Source of the DNA: an uncultured Chthonomonadaceae bacterium
GTDB lineage: Bacteria > Armatimonadota > Chthonomonadetes > Chthonomonadales > Chthonomonadaceae
Assembly: GCA_963817895.1 (NCBI GenBank)
Contig: CAWFQB010000005.1
Span: 160,001-224,000 of the forward strand
Direction of reading: 5' to 3'
Length of the DNA: 64,000 nt
Both the position numbers and the translations under genes were made by a program. The notes beneath the pieces were generated by a model, which searched no databases, had not been told where the DNA came from, and saw only the letters and a program-made list of their open reading frames with translations. Below are positions 31,457-41,523 of this stretch, one piece after another (position 1 is the stretch's first letter; the number at the start of each line of letters is the position of its first letter).

Positions 31457-32315
31457 TCCATTCCGGCTTTCGTTTTTCCAGAAAGGCGCGGATGCCCTCC
31501 TGACCTTCGGGACTGACGCGCAGGGCGGCGATGCAGGCAATGGTGGTTTCCGCCGCTTGTTCCGGCGTGTTATCGGCAATATCGTTCAGCAGGCGTTTGG
31601 CGACGGCGATGGCTTGCGGGCCGGCCTGCAATATCAATTCTATTTTCTTTTGTACAGCCGCGTCCAGTTCGCTAGCAGGCTTGATTTGCTTTGCCAGTCC
31701 GAGCCGCTGCACTGCTTCCAGGCCCATTGACTTTATGTAGTCCTCGTCAGGCGCGACCTGCTGTATTAAACCTAAGCGCAAAGCCTCGTCTGCGCCGAAT
31801 CGTTCGCCTGTTACGAACAACGCCCGTGACGCGCCCATGCCGATTTTTTGCAGCACATACGGCGCGATTACGGCGGGAACCAGACCTAAGCGGACTTCAC
31901 TGAACGCGAATTTTGTGTCGGAGGAGGCAATGGCGATGTCGCAAACCGCTACCAGTCCCGCGCCGCCGCCAATCGCCGCGCCGTGTACCCGCGCAAGGGT
32001 CGGTTTGGGGCAGGCGGCAATCGCGGCGAACATGCGCTGTAGGTTGGCCGCGTCCGCCCGGTTTTCTTCCTCCGAATAATCGGCCATGCGCCGCATCCAG
32101 TGTAAATCCGCGCCCGCGCAGAACGACTCGCCCGCCCCCCGCAATACAATCGCCCTGACGCCGGTATCGTCGCTCAACCGTTCAAAGCAGGCGGTTATCT
32201 CTCCTATCAATGTCTCATCAAAAGCGTTATGTGCCTGCGGACGGTTCAGCGTTATGGTTGCAATTGGGTTGTTTTGTTCTACGAGCAAACAGTCATTAGT
32301 CATATCTTCTCGCAT
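31449..32315 (-). CDS. Enoyl-CoA hydratase family, probably methylglutaconyl-CoA hydratase
   Basis: LNRPQAHNAF, FCAGADL, AIGGGAGL, FSEVRLGLVPA; liu-type operon context. Confidence 0.9.
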   Translation of the reverse strand: MREDMTNDCLLVEQNNPIATITLNRPQAHNAFDETLIGEITACFERLSDDTGVRAIVLRGAGESFCAGADLHWMRRMADYSEEENRADAANLQRMFAAIAACPKPTLARVHGAAIGGGAGLVAVCDIAIASSDTKFAFSEVRLGLVPAVIAPYVLQKIGMGASRALFVTGERFGADEALRLGLIQQVAPDEDYIKSMGLEAVQRLGLAKQIKPASELDAAVQKKIELILQAGPQAIAVAKRLLNDIADNTPEQAAETTIACIAALRVSPEGQEGIRAFLEKRKPEWSC

Positions 32316-32465
32316 TGTCTTGAACCATGATTAGGCATGATTTTAATGATTAACATGATGTTGCGCTATTGGACGTGTAATTGTTCTGATTAGAGATAAA
32401 GAGCAGTCGCGCGCTTCCTCAATCATGGTAATCACTAAAATTATGCCTAATCATGGTTCAAGACA
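32316..32465. repeat. Inverted pair of (CATGATTAR)-type nonamer arms
   Basis: tgtcttgaaccatgattaggcat ... atgcctaatcatggttcaagaca. Confidence 0.9.
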
Positions 32466-32468
32466 TTC

Positions 32469-34078
32469 CTACATCCTGAAGACGCCGAACTTTGTGTCGG
32501 GAAGGGGCGCATGGTACGCGGCGGCAATGCCCAACCCGATAGCCATGCGCGTGTCGAGCGGGTCGAGAATGCCGTCGTCCCACAGGCGGGCCGCGCTGAA
32601 ATAGGGGCTGCCCTCCTGCTCGTAGGTTGCCACCGTGGGACGCTTGAATTCTTCCTGTTCTGCGGGCGTCATGGTTTCGCCCCGCGCTTCTAGTTGGTCT
32701 TGTTTTACGGTCAGCAGGACGCCCGCCGCCTGTTCGCCGCCCATGACGGAGATACGCGCATTGGGCCACATCCACAGTTGGCGCGGGCTGAACGCGCGCC
32801 CGCACATGCCGTAATTGCCCGCCCCGAACGAGCCGCCGATGATGACGGTGAATTTGGGAACGCGGGCATTCGCGACCGCCATCACCAGTTTCGCGCCGTG
32901 TTTGGCGATTCCCTCTTGCTCCACTTTCTGCCCGACCATGAAGCCCGTGATGTTCTGCAAAAAGACGAGGGGGATTTTGCGCTGGCAGCAGATTTCGATG
33001 AAGTGCGCCCCTTTTAACGCGCTTTCGGAAAACAAGACGCCGTTGTTGGCAAGCATCCCGACGGGAAAACCCATCCACCGCGCCCACCCGCAGACCAATG
33101 TGGCGCCATAGCGCGGCTTGAACTCATGGAAGCGGCTGCCGTCCACCAGCCGCGCAATGATTTCGCGGGCATCGAACGGCTGCCGCAAATCGCGGGGCAA
33201 AATGCCGTAGATTTCTTCGGGAGGATAAAGCGGTTCTTCGGGCGGGGTCATGTCGGGAACATCGGGCCGGGGCAGGTTCAGCGTTTCCACCATTTCACGG
33301 ACAATGCGCAGCGCATCGGCTTCGTCTTCGGCATAGTAGTCCGCCACGCCGCTCAAGTCGCGTATGCATATCCGCGCCGCCCAATTCTTCCGCCGTGACC
33401 ACTTCGCCCGTTGCGGCTTTGACGAGCGGCGGGCCTGCCAGAAAGATGGTTCCCGCGCCCTTAACGATCACGGTCTGATCGGACATGGCAGGCACATACG
33501 CCCCACCTGCCGTGCAGCTTCCCAACACAGCGGCGAGTTGCGGAATTCCCTGCGCCGACATTTGCGCCTGATTGTAGAAAATCCGCCCGAAGTGGTCGCG
33601 GTCGGGAAACACTTCCGATTGCAGGGGCAGGTACGCGCCGCCCGAATCCACCAGATAGATGCAGGGCAGGCGGTTTTGTTCGCGCGATCTCCTGCGCCCG
33701 CAGATGCTTCTTTACCGTAAGCGGAAAATACGTGCCGCCCTTCACCGTCGCGTCATTGGCGACAAGAACGCAGGGCTGCCCGTGTATCGCGCCGATCCCC
33801 GTAACAATTCCCGCCCCCGGCGCTTCCCCGTCATACAGGCCATGCGCGGCAAGCGGGCTGAATTCCAGAAACGGCGCGCCGGGATCAAGCAGGGCGTCAA
33901 TCCGTTCGCGGGGAAGACGCTTTCCTCTTGCGCGGTGTTTGGCAACGGCCTGTTCGCCGCCCCCCTGCTTCACGTTGGCAAGGTGGACGCGCAGTTCCGC
34001 TACCAGAGCGCGGTGATGCGCCTGATTGTCGCGAAAACCCGGCGCGGAAGTATCTACCTGCGTTTCCAGTATTTCCAA
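32469..34078 (-). CDS. Methylcrotonoyl-CoA carboxylase carboxyltransferase (beta) subunit (frameshifts near 33355 and 33680)
   Basis: [60 protein letters not shown]. Start placed at TTG 34078. Confidence 0.93.
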
Positions 34079-34250
34079 GCGTTCCTGCCTTTCCGCGCCC
34101 CGGCAAAGATTGTGTCGCAGAGCAGTAGAGAATTCAAGCATACACAGGAGGAAATCCTCCTGTATAACGAATAACTGCCCATGAGAATTATGCGGGGAGG
34201 CCGGGGTATCTGACGTATTCGCTAATCCCCGCGTGGCGAATAAGCTCTTT

Positions 34251-34289
34251 AACCCGGCCCCTCACCCAAAATTGGGAAGAGGGGCTTTT
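34251..34289. repeat. Palindromic element (gcccctcacccaaaattgggaagaggggc)
   Basis: Same family as the copies at 17034, 36826, 44991 and 61780. Confidence 0.7.
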
Positions 34290-34308
34290 CAACGCGGAGG
34301 CGCATTTT

Positions 34309-35425
34309 ATGTCCCCAATTACTCTTTCCAATCTCTGGCAGAAACGCTTTACCAGTGAGCGGACGCGCCTGCTTGCCGCATTGGGCGAACTGACGGACGG
34401 CGGCGTTGTGGAAGCCTTGCAGCCGATTAGCGCGGCGAGTTTTGAAACCGGGGCAAAAGCAACGAACGCAGATACCCAAACGCGGCTGGACATTGGGCTT
34501 GCCGTGTGGCCGTTTCCGCCGGAAGCGCGCGAAAGGGCCGCGTTACAGACGCTTGGCTACGCGCCCGTTTCCGGCTACGAGGCCGCGCCCGAACAGCGGT
34601 TTCAACACAACACGCTTCCGTTTCAGTTGTTCCTCGTCGAAGCGGGCGGTGAAAAATGGACGGACTGGCTTGTGCTGCGGGATTACCTACGCGCCAACGG
34701 GGAAGCGCGTAACCGCTATTTCACGGTCAAACGCGATATTGCCATGCGGCGCTACTTCAGTGAGGAGGGCAGGGCGCGAGCCAAAACAGAGTTGTTTTCG
34801 GAAATCTTGCAGGTTGCGCGGCAATGGTGGATAGAAACAAAAGGGTTTGCCCCGCTGCTGGAAGTGTCTCAGGAACTGGAAGGGTTTACGGGCGCGTGGC
34901 ACATCGCGGGCGGGTGGGCAATTGACTGCTTTTTGGGCCGAACCACGCGCGTTCACCACGATATTGACATCCTCATTGCCCGAAGCGATCAACTCGCCGC
35001 GCAGGAACACATGCACAGCCAAAATTGGAAGTGGGTCGCGCCCCATGACAACAGATTGGAATTCTGGCAACCCGGCCTGTTTCTGGAACCGCCGCGCCAT
35101 CAGGCCCACGCGCACCGCAACGACCAAATGCGGGACTTTCTGCTCGGAGAGATAGCAGACGGCGTGTGGAAATTCCGCCGCAATCCGAACATCCTGCGGA
35201 CAACCGAACAAATTTTCCTGCGTACCGATACCGGCATCCCCTACATCGCGCCCGAAATCGCGCTGCTGTACAAAAGCCGGTCAGGAAAATCGGGAATACG
35301 CGACCGGGATCAGGCCGACTTCGACCAAACGCATATCCATCTGAAATCCTGAACAGCGGGCATGGCTGCGCTGGGCGCTCACTGTCACCGACCCACAGCA
35401 TATATGGCTGCCCTCGCTGGAGTAG
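34309..35425 (+). CDS. GrpB-like domain fused to an aminoglycoside/lincosamide nucleotidyltransferase-like domain (frameshift near 35345)
   Basis: LVLRDYLRAN.EARNRY...K (GrpB); WHIAGGWAIDCFLGRTTRVHHDIDI; APEIALLYK; alternative frame continues EQRAWLRWAL..HIW. Confidence 0.72.
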
Positions 35426-35489
35426 CCTGTGGTGTTGTCGTGCCGCCCGTCTGGATGAGGCGTTGTTAATAATCCTGAAAGGAACAACC

Positions 35490-35855
35490 ATGCAGAAAGT
35501 CACGATTACGGAGAAGTTGGCGCAATTTACTGATCACTGGCAGCCGCGCATTGTTGGGGAACTCAACGGGCAGCACGTCAAATTGGTGAAATTTCAGGGC
35601 GAGTTCGTGTGGCACAAGCACGACAACGAGGACGAGATGTTTCTTGTCATCAGCGGGCGGTTCCGCATGGAATTGCGTGACCGGGAGGCCATTGAACTGA
35701 ACGCGGGCGAGTTCCTTGTCGTGCCGCGCGGCGTGGAGCATCGTCCCGTCGCGCTCGAAGAAGTCGCCGTAATGCTGTTTGAACCCGCCGGAACGCTCAA
35801 CACGGGCAACGCGCCCGCCAACGAACGGACTGTCCGCCAACCCGAAACTCTCTAA
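35490..35855 (+). CDS. Cupin-domain protein
   Basis: WQPRIVGELN, GEFVWHKHDNEDEMF, VPRGVEHRP; AGGA RBS. Confidence 0.9.
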   Translation: MQKVTITEKLAQFTDHWQPRIVGELNGQHVKLVKFQGEFVWHKHDNEDEMFLVISGRFRMELRDREAIELNAGEFLVVPRGVEHRPVALEEVAVMLFEPAGTLNTGNAPANERTVRQPETL

Positions 35856-35891
35856 AATTGCGGTGTTATGGCTTGAGTTTATGAGGTTGAT

Positions 35892-36764
35892 ATGGACAGC
35901 AACACCGATTCAAAAGTAGATGCACCGCAGATCATCCGGCGTATGGGAAGTGAGGATGCGCGGGAACGCGGCGAGGCGCAGCGGGAACTGCAACAGTGTG
36001 GGTTGAACACCATCGAAGCCCTGTTTGCGCTGCTCAACGCGGAACATCAGCGTCGGCGTAAAATGCGGCGCGTCATTGAAGTCGGCAAATACGCGGTGTG
36101 CGGCGCGCTTTTTGCTCTGTATGCGGTTTTGTTCAGGCATCTCCCTTCCGTCAGCATGGCGGTAATTCTTACCATCCTCAACGATTTTGTCTGTACCACT
36201 CTGTCTATGCGCAAAACCCGCGCTTTTCAGCGCGGCATGACCGTTGCTTTGTCGCAATTCGATCATCTCTCGCTGGTCGGGCCGTTGCTTGACATGTACT
36301 ACTCAGGGGAGAGAGAGTTGGTAAAATCCACGCTGACTCGCCTGCTGCCGCAACTTCAAGCGACGGACGCGGCAAAACTAAACGCCCATCAGCGCGAACG
36401 TTTGTATCGTCAATTAGATATGTGCGACAGCCGTTTGCTTTACAAAGCTGCCAACATTGAGTTTATACTCGCCATTCTCAAATCTCTGGAACAAATCGGG
36501 GATGAAAAAGCATTGGCGCATGTCGAGCCGCTTGCTCGTAAAGCCAGAAACGCGCGCATACGCGAGGCCGCGCAAAACTGCCTGCCTTACCTGCAAGCGC
36601 GGAACGAGCAGGAACGCGCCCGAATGAACCTGCTGCGTTCTGCCGATGCGGCAAACAGGCCAGAAGAGCTTATGCGCCCCGTCTCTTACAACGTAGACGA
36701 CAATGCCGCGCAGCTTCTCCGCGTCTCTATCCCGAACGAAGCAAGCAGTCACGAGCAGCCCTGA
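35892..36764 (+). CDS. Hypothetical membrane protein with HEAT-like repeats
   Basis: Two TM segments; LKSLEQIGDEKALAHVEPL HEAT-like unit. Confidence 0.65.
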   Translation: MDSNTDSKVDAPQIIRRMGSEDARERGEAQRELQQCGLNTIEALFALLNAEHQRRRKMRRVIEVGKYAVCGALFALYAVLFRHLPSVSMAVILTILNDFVCTTLSMRKTRAFQRGMTVALSQFDHLSLVGPLLDMYYSGERELVKSTLTRLLPQLQATDAAKLNAHQRERLYRQLDMCDSRLLYKAANIEFILAILKSLEQIGDEKALAHVEPLARKARNARIREAAQNCLPYLQARNEQERARMNLLRSADAANRPEELMRPVSYNVDDNAAQLLRVSIPNEASSHEQP

Positions 36765-36825
36765 GCCAATATCCTGTCAGCGTGTTTATCTCTAGAAATT
36801 ATGTGTTGCACACCCTCTATGACAT

Positions 36826-36879
36826 AAAAAGCCCCTCTCCTAGCGCGTTGCGCGACAAGGAGAGGGGTTGGGGTGAGGT
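36826..36879. repeat. Palindromic element between convergent genes
   Basis: aaaaagcccctctcct...aggagaggggttggggtgaggt. Confidence 0.85.
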
Positions 36880-36888
36880 AGAAAAACG

Positions 36889-37788
36889 CTACTTCGCTGC
36901 CACGGTGTTCGTCAATGTGCCTAAACCGGAAATGGTGACGCTCATGGTATCTCCCGCTTTGAGGAAGACGGGCGGGTTACTGTACACGCCCACGCCGCCG
37001 GGTGTGCCTGTGGAGAGAATATCGCCCGGGCGCAGGGTCATGGTTTGCGACAGGTAGGAGATCAGGAACGGGATTTTGAAGATCAGGTTGGACGTATTGG
37101 ATTTTTGCCGCGTTTCGCCGTTCAGCGTGAGAGAAATATCCAGATTGTGCGGGTCGGGAATTTCATCGGCTGTTACCAGATACGGGCCGATGGGAAAGAA
37201 CGTATCGGGAGATTTGCCCCGCACCCATTGCCCGTCGCCCTTTTGAATGTCGCGGGCCGTCACGTCGTTGGCGCACAGATACCCGGCAACATGGTTGAGC
37301 GCGTCCGCTTCGGCAATGTCACTGCCGCCCCCGCCCGCGCCGCCAATCACGACCGCCAGTTCCGCCTCGTAATCGTTCATGTCCGAGATTTTCGGCAGTT
37401 TGATAACGCCGTTGGGCTGGTTGATGGTGTTGCTGTATTTGGCGAACAGAATGGCGCGTTCGGGAATCGGTTGGTTCTGCTCTTCGCAGTGGTCGCGATA
37501 GTTCTGCCCGATGCACATAATTTTGCCCGGATCGCCCACCGGAGCCAGCAGTGTCACCGCGCTCAGGGGCAGTTTCAAATTGTCCCCGGCTTCCGCCACC
37601 ACGCGCTTCGCGTCCTCGATGCCCTCCTGCCCCCGCGCCAGAAACCCCGACATGGACAAAGGGAATCGGTGCGCCGTATTCCCGATATGACTGGTCACTT
37701 CCGATGCCGTCAGGTTGACGACCGTATTCTCATCTGACAGGGCGCCCAGCAAATCCACGCCCTGATATTCAAATCGAATCAATTTCAT
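36889..37788 (-). CDS. Fumarylacetoacetate hydrolase family protein
   Basis: CIGQNYRDH, DYEAELAVVIG, NDVTARD, RGKS, STGTPGGVG. Confidence 0.93.
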   Translation of the reverse strand: MKLIRFEYQGVDLLGALSDENTVVNLTASEVTSHIGNTAHRFPLSMSGFLARGQEGIEDAKRVVAEAGDNLKLPLSAVTLLAPVGDPGKIMCIGQNYRDHCEEQNQPIPERAILFAKYSNTINQPNGVIKLPKISDMNDYEAELAVVIGGAGGGGSDIAEADALNHVAGYLCANDVTARDIQKGDGQWVRGKSPDTFFPIGPYLVTADEIPDPHNLDISLTLNGETRQKSNTSNLIFKIPFLISYLSQTMTLRPGDILSTGTPGGVGVYSNPPVFLKAGDTMSVTISGLGTLTNTVAAK

Positions 37789-37881
37789 TGTTGTCTGCTC
37801 CTTTGAAGTTAAATATGCCGCGCTTCCGGCAGGCATGTTCGCGTTTTCCTGCCGCTTTCCCTTCCTGAATGTTAAAAGCAA

Positions 37882-37987
37882 TTTAGCCGCGAATGAACGC
37901 GAATAAACGCGAATGGGAAGAAGCGGGGAAGAGGGAAAAGGAAAAGAGAAGAGGCAATGCGTAATCGAAAATCGAAAATCGTCAATC
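37882..37987. repeat. Composite repeat: nonamer arm, purine heptamers and (AATCGAA)n arm
   Basis: gccgcgaatgaacgcgaataaacgcgaat, gggaagagggaaaaggaaaag, aatcgaaaatcgaaaatc. Confidence 0.8.
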
Positions 37988-38104
37988 CTGTAAAAGATGG
38001 GACTGGTTCCTGTCGCAATTGGGACTTTGGGCGGATGTGAATGGCAGCAGGACAGGTTATAATGAGGCAGGAATACGGAGTAGAAAACGGGAAGGATAGG
38101 GGAC

Positions 38105-39040
38105 ATGACGCAATCAACGCGCAATTCGCATCAACCGAATATATCACGGGAACCACTCGATGTAATTTTGCCTGCCGGAGGGCGCATCACGGGCGAGTTC
38201 GCGCAAATGGCGGGTACGGACATCAAGGCGCTGATCGAATTCAACGGGCAGACGATTTTACGCCGCGCCATACTCACGCTTCGCGCCACCAACCGCGTCG
38301 GGCGCATCGCCGTTATCGGCCCTGAACCCGTCATGACCGAAGCGCGGGAATGTGGCGCGGAGTTGCTATTGCCCGAAGGCGACAGCGGCCCTGATAATAT
38401 TCTGCGCGGGTTGCATGGGTTACAGGGAACAGGAGAGATACGAGATACGAGATACGAGATACGAGAAGAGGAGGGTTCATCCTTCATCCTTCATCCTTCA
38501 TCCTTTGCCAAAGTCCTTATTCTAACGACGGATTTACCGTTCCTGACGGCGGACACGCTGACGGCGTTTCTGGATGCCTGCCCGCCAGACGCGGATATTG
38601 CGGTTCCTATTATGACCGAGCCGGAATTTAACGGGCGTTTTCCGGGTACGCAAAATGAATATGTTCGGCTGCGGGATGGCGGGTATACTTTGGGCTGCGC
38701 GTTTGTCTTGAACGGCGAAATCCTGCTGCGCAACGAGGCGCATCTACGCGCGCTGTTCGCGGCCCGCAAAAACCAGTGGCAAATGGCGCGGCTAATCGGA
38801 TTCGGAACCATACTGAAGTTCGCCACCCGACGGCTGACCGTAGAGGAATTGGAAACGCGGGCGAGCGCGATTGCCGGATGCAGGGGCGTTGCCGTTCGCC
38901 ATTCTCCGCCCGAACTGGCCTACGATATTGACCTGCCCGCCGAATACGAATATGCCCGCCAACAGGCCGCTAAGAGAGCGCAGCCCGATTTAGCCATTGC
39001 CGCGCCCACTCTTGAGGGCGTTCAGGAGATACCCCGATGA
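38105..39040 (+). CDS. MobA-like nucleotidyltransferase family protein
   Basis: VILPAGG...KALI, TTDLPFL, YDIDLP. Confidence 0.8.
   Translation: MTQSTRNSHQPNISREPLDVILPAGGRITGEFAQMAGTDIKALIEFNGQTILRRAILTLRATNRVGRIAVIGPEPVMTEARECGAELLLPEGDSGPDNILRGLHGLQGTGEIRDTRYEIREEEGSSFILHPSSFAKVLILTTDLPFLTADTLTAFLDACPPDADIAVPIMTEPEFNGRFPGTQNEYVRLRDGGYTLGCAFVLNGEILLRNEAHLRALFAARKNQWQMARLIGFGTILKFATRRLTVEELETRASAIAGCRGVAVRHSPPELAYDIDLPAEYEYARQQAAKRAQPDLAIAAPTLEGVQEIPR
38435..38506. repeat. In-frame composite (GAGATAC)4...(TTCATCC)4 insertion
   Basis: Encodes EIRDTRYEIREEEGSSFILHPSSF; same element at 62599-62669. Confidence 0.92.
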
Positions 39041-40374
39041 GTGTTCCGCCCGAAGAGCAACGGCAAGCCGCCACACCCGAAGAACCTCCGTTTGGAAATG
39101 CCGAAGTAACGGAAGAAGCCCCTCCCCTGCCGTCCGGCGAGTTCACTGCCAGAACCCTGTTGTACAGCCTTGCCAATCTCGGCTACGGCATGTTCTTCGC
39201 GCTCAACAACTACGTGCTGACGCTGTATTTGCAGCATTTGGGCGCGGGCGGCGTTCTCATCGGGCTGATGGGCAGTTCTCATTCCATTGAGGGCGCGGTA
39301 ATTCAGCCGATTATCGGCGCGGCAAGCGACCGCCTGCGCACAAAATGGGGGCGTCGTCGTCCGTTTATACTGCTGTTCACGCCCATTTCCGCGCTGTTTT
39401 TGCTGCTCACGCCTTACGCCAGTCACCTTCCGACGCAGCCGCATGTGTTGGGCGCGCCCCTGTATTTAGCCGTTGTTGTCGTGTGCGTGTTTCTGTTCAC
39501 GATTGCCTTTAACGTCGCGCAAGACCCCTATCAGGCGTTGATGCCCGACATTATACCCAAACCGCAACGGGGGCGGGCGGCGGGAATATGGGCGTTCATC
39601 GGCGTCATCGGGCAGGCGTTGCTGCTGCTGCTGCCCATGCCCGCGTATCAGAAATTCGGGCTTTGCGCGGTTGTGATGCTGATAACGACCCTGCTGACAT
39701 GCTGGCAAACGCGGGAACCGAACCTGCCGCCGGAACCACACAAACTCGGAGCCTACGCGCAAATCGCGGTTGCGCTCAACGGTCTGCAAACGCTGCGGCA
39801 GGCGCGAAAATCGCTGCTCACCCTGTTCTTTTCCGGGCTGGGCATCGGGGCCGTGCTGCCGTTTCTAACCGTTTTTGTGGTTGCCATCACCAAATGCTCG
39901 GATCAGGAGGCGCAAAAAATGGCGCTGGTTCTGATGGTTGCCACCGCTATTTTCGTTCTGCCATTCGGCTGGCTGTGCGACCGCATTGGCCCCAAGCGCG
40001 TGTTGATGATCGGATTGGCCTTGATTGTGGTTGCCGCTTTGAACGGGCTTTGGGTACATACATTGCCGCAGATAGCCGCGATTCTGGCGATTGCCGGGAT
40101 GGGCAACGCGGCGCAATCGGCCTCGGCGTATCCCCTGCTGACGCGACTTGTGCCTCGTGACGAAGTAGGGTTTTATACCGGGCTGCAATCCACCGCGCTT
40201 TCTATAGCGCAGCCTGCAACGGCTGTGATTACCGGAATATTGGTGGACAGGGGCGGGTATCGCTGGATATTCGCGGTTTGCGGGGTCAGCATCGGCATCG
40301 CCCTGTTCGTGCTGTCACTGGTAAAAGTGGAACAGGCCGCGCAGGAAGTGCGCGTTCGCGAGGGGGAACACTGA
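39037..40374 (+). CDS. MFS transporter
   Basis: GAASDRLRTKWGRRRPF, GWLCDRIGPK; many TM helices. Confidence 0.92.
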   Translation: MSVPPEEQRQAATPEEPPFGNAEVTEEAPPLPSGEFTARTLLYSLANLGYGMFFALNNYVLTLYLQHLGAGGVLIGLMGSSHSIEGAVIQPIIGAASDRLRTKWGRRRPFILLFTPISALFLLLTPYASHLPTQPHVLGAPLYLAVVVVCVFLFTIAFNVAQDPYQALMPDIIPKPQRGRAAGIWAFIGVIGQALLLLLPMPAYQKFGLCAVVMLITTLLTCWQTREPNLPPEPHKLGAYAQIAVALNGLQTLRQARKSLLTLFFSGLGIGAVLPFLTVFVVAITKCSDQEAQKMALVLMVATAIFVLPFGWLCDRIGPKRVLMIGLALIVVAALNGLWVHTLPQIAAILAIAGMGNAAQSASAYPLLTRLVPRDEVGFYTGLQSTALSIAQPATAVITGILVDRGGYRWIFAVCGVSIGIALFVLSLVKVEQAAQEVRVREGEH

Positions 40375-41321
40375 TGGCGAAACGCGCCCTGAGCGCCCTT
40401 GTCGGCGTCTGCATTTTTCTTGGATTGTGCTTCGGCGGGCTGCTGCCGTTTACGATTGGCGCAACGGTGGTGGCACTGTTGGCATCGTGGGAGTGGATCG
40501 CGGCGTATGGCAAAGCGCGGCAAGCAGAGGCTACTCCCGGTTACGCCCCGCGCCTGCCCGCCCTGCAAAATGGCGTCAATATTCTGCTTACCTGCGCGGG
40601 CGTAGCGATTCCGTTTCTGGCGTATGCCGCGCAGCAAAAAAATAATGGACTTGGCAAGTGGTCTTTAGCGGACGGCCTGAACGCCTTCGCCCTGTTCGCG
40701 CCCGTGCTGTGGTTTGCCATGCGAACCCGCCTCGCCGCCCACACGGGTAAAGCGTTGGGCTACATGCGCCAATGGTACGGACTGGTCGGCTTTGTGTACA
40801 TCGGCCTGCTGATGAGCAGCCTTGTGTGGATGCGCGGCCTCAGTTTCCACTACGCGCAAACCAGCGATCTCGTGTCCTTCAACCTGCTCAACGTTGTCCC
40901 GTTCGGCCTGACGGAAGTGGGCGCGTGGCTGATGCTGTTCGTCGCCGTGTGCGTGTGGGCGACGGATACGGGCGCGTACCTGTTCGGCAAACGCTTCGGC
41001 AGGCGCAAGCTCGCGCCCACGCTGTCACCCGGCAAAACCGTTGAGGGTTCCCTCGGCGGAATCGCGCTGGCGCTATTAACAAGCGCCCTCTTCGGCGCGT
41101 GGATACATCTTCCCCTCGGCCACAGCCTCGTCATCGGCGCGATTGCGGGCATCATGGGGCAGTGGGGCGACCTGTTTGAGTCCGCTCTGAAACGCGAACT
41201 CGGCCTCAAAGACTTCGGCAACATCATGCCCGGACACGGGGGGGTTTTAGATCGCTTCGACAGCCTGCTCTTCGTCACCCCGCTCGCCTACTGCTACCTG
41301 CACTTCCTCGCGGGCTTTTGA
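40374..41321 (+). CDS. cdsA: Phosphatidate cytidylyltransferase
   Basis: DTGAYLFGK, SPGKTVEG, GDLFESALKR, KDFGNIMPGHGGVLDRFDS. Confidence 0.93.
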   Translation: MAKRALSALVGVCIFLGLCFGGLLPFTIGATVVALLASWEWIAAYGKARQAEATPGYAPRLPALQNGVNILLTCAGVAIPFLAYAAQQKNNGLGKWSLADGLNAFALFAPVLWFAMRTRLAAHTGKALGYMRQWYGLVGFVYIGLLMSSLVWMRGLSFHYAQTSDLVSFNLLNVVPFGLTEVGAWLMLFVAVCVWATDTGAYLFGKRFGRRKLAPTLSPGKTVEGSLGGIALALLTSALFGAWIHLPLGHSLVIGAIAGIMGQWGDLFESALKRELGLKDFGNIMPGHGGVLDRFDSLLFVTPLAYCYLHFLAGF

Positions 41322-41325
41322 GGCA

Positions 41326-41511
41326 GAAGAGATTTCACCACCAAGACACAAAGAACACCAAGAAATACAAAGAAGAAAAAAATAAGAACATGCCACAAAT
41401 GCGGATTGCGCATAAAGATACCGAATACAGCGCAAGCGAACCGGTATTAGCAGGCTTCATACCTTCTTGTATTTCTTGGTGTTCTTTGTGTCTTGGTGGT
41501 GAAATCTCTTC
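41326..41511. repeat. Near-perfect ~49-bp inverted repeat of nonamer-type arms between convergent genes
   Basis: gaagagatttcaccaccaagacacaaagaacaccaagaaatacaa ... ttgtatttcttggtgttctttgtgtcttggtggtgaaatctcttc. Confidence 0.92.
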
Positions 41512-41523
41512 CTGTTTGCCGGT

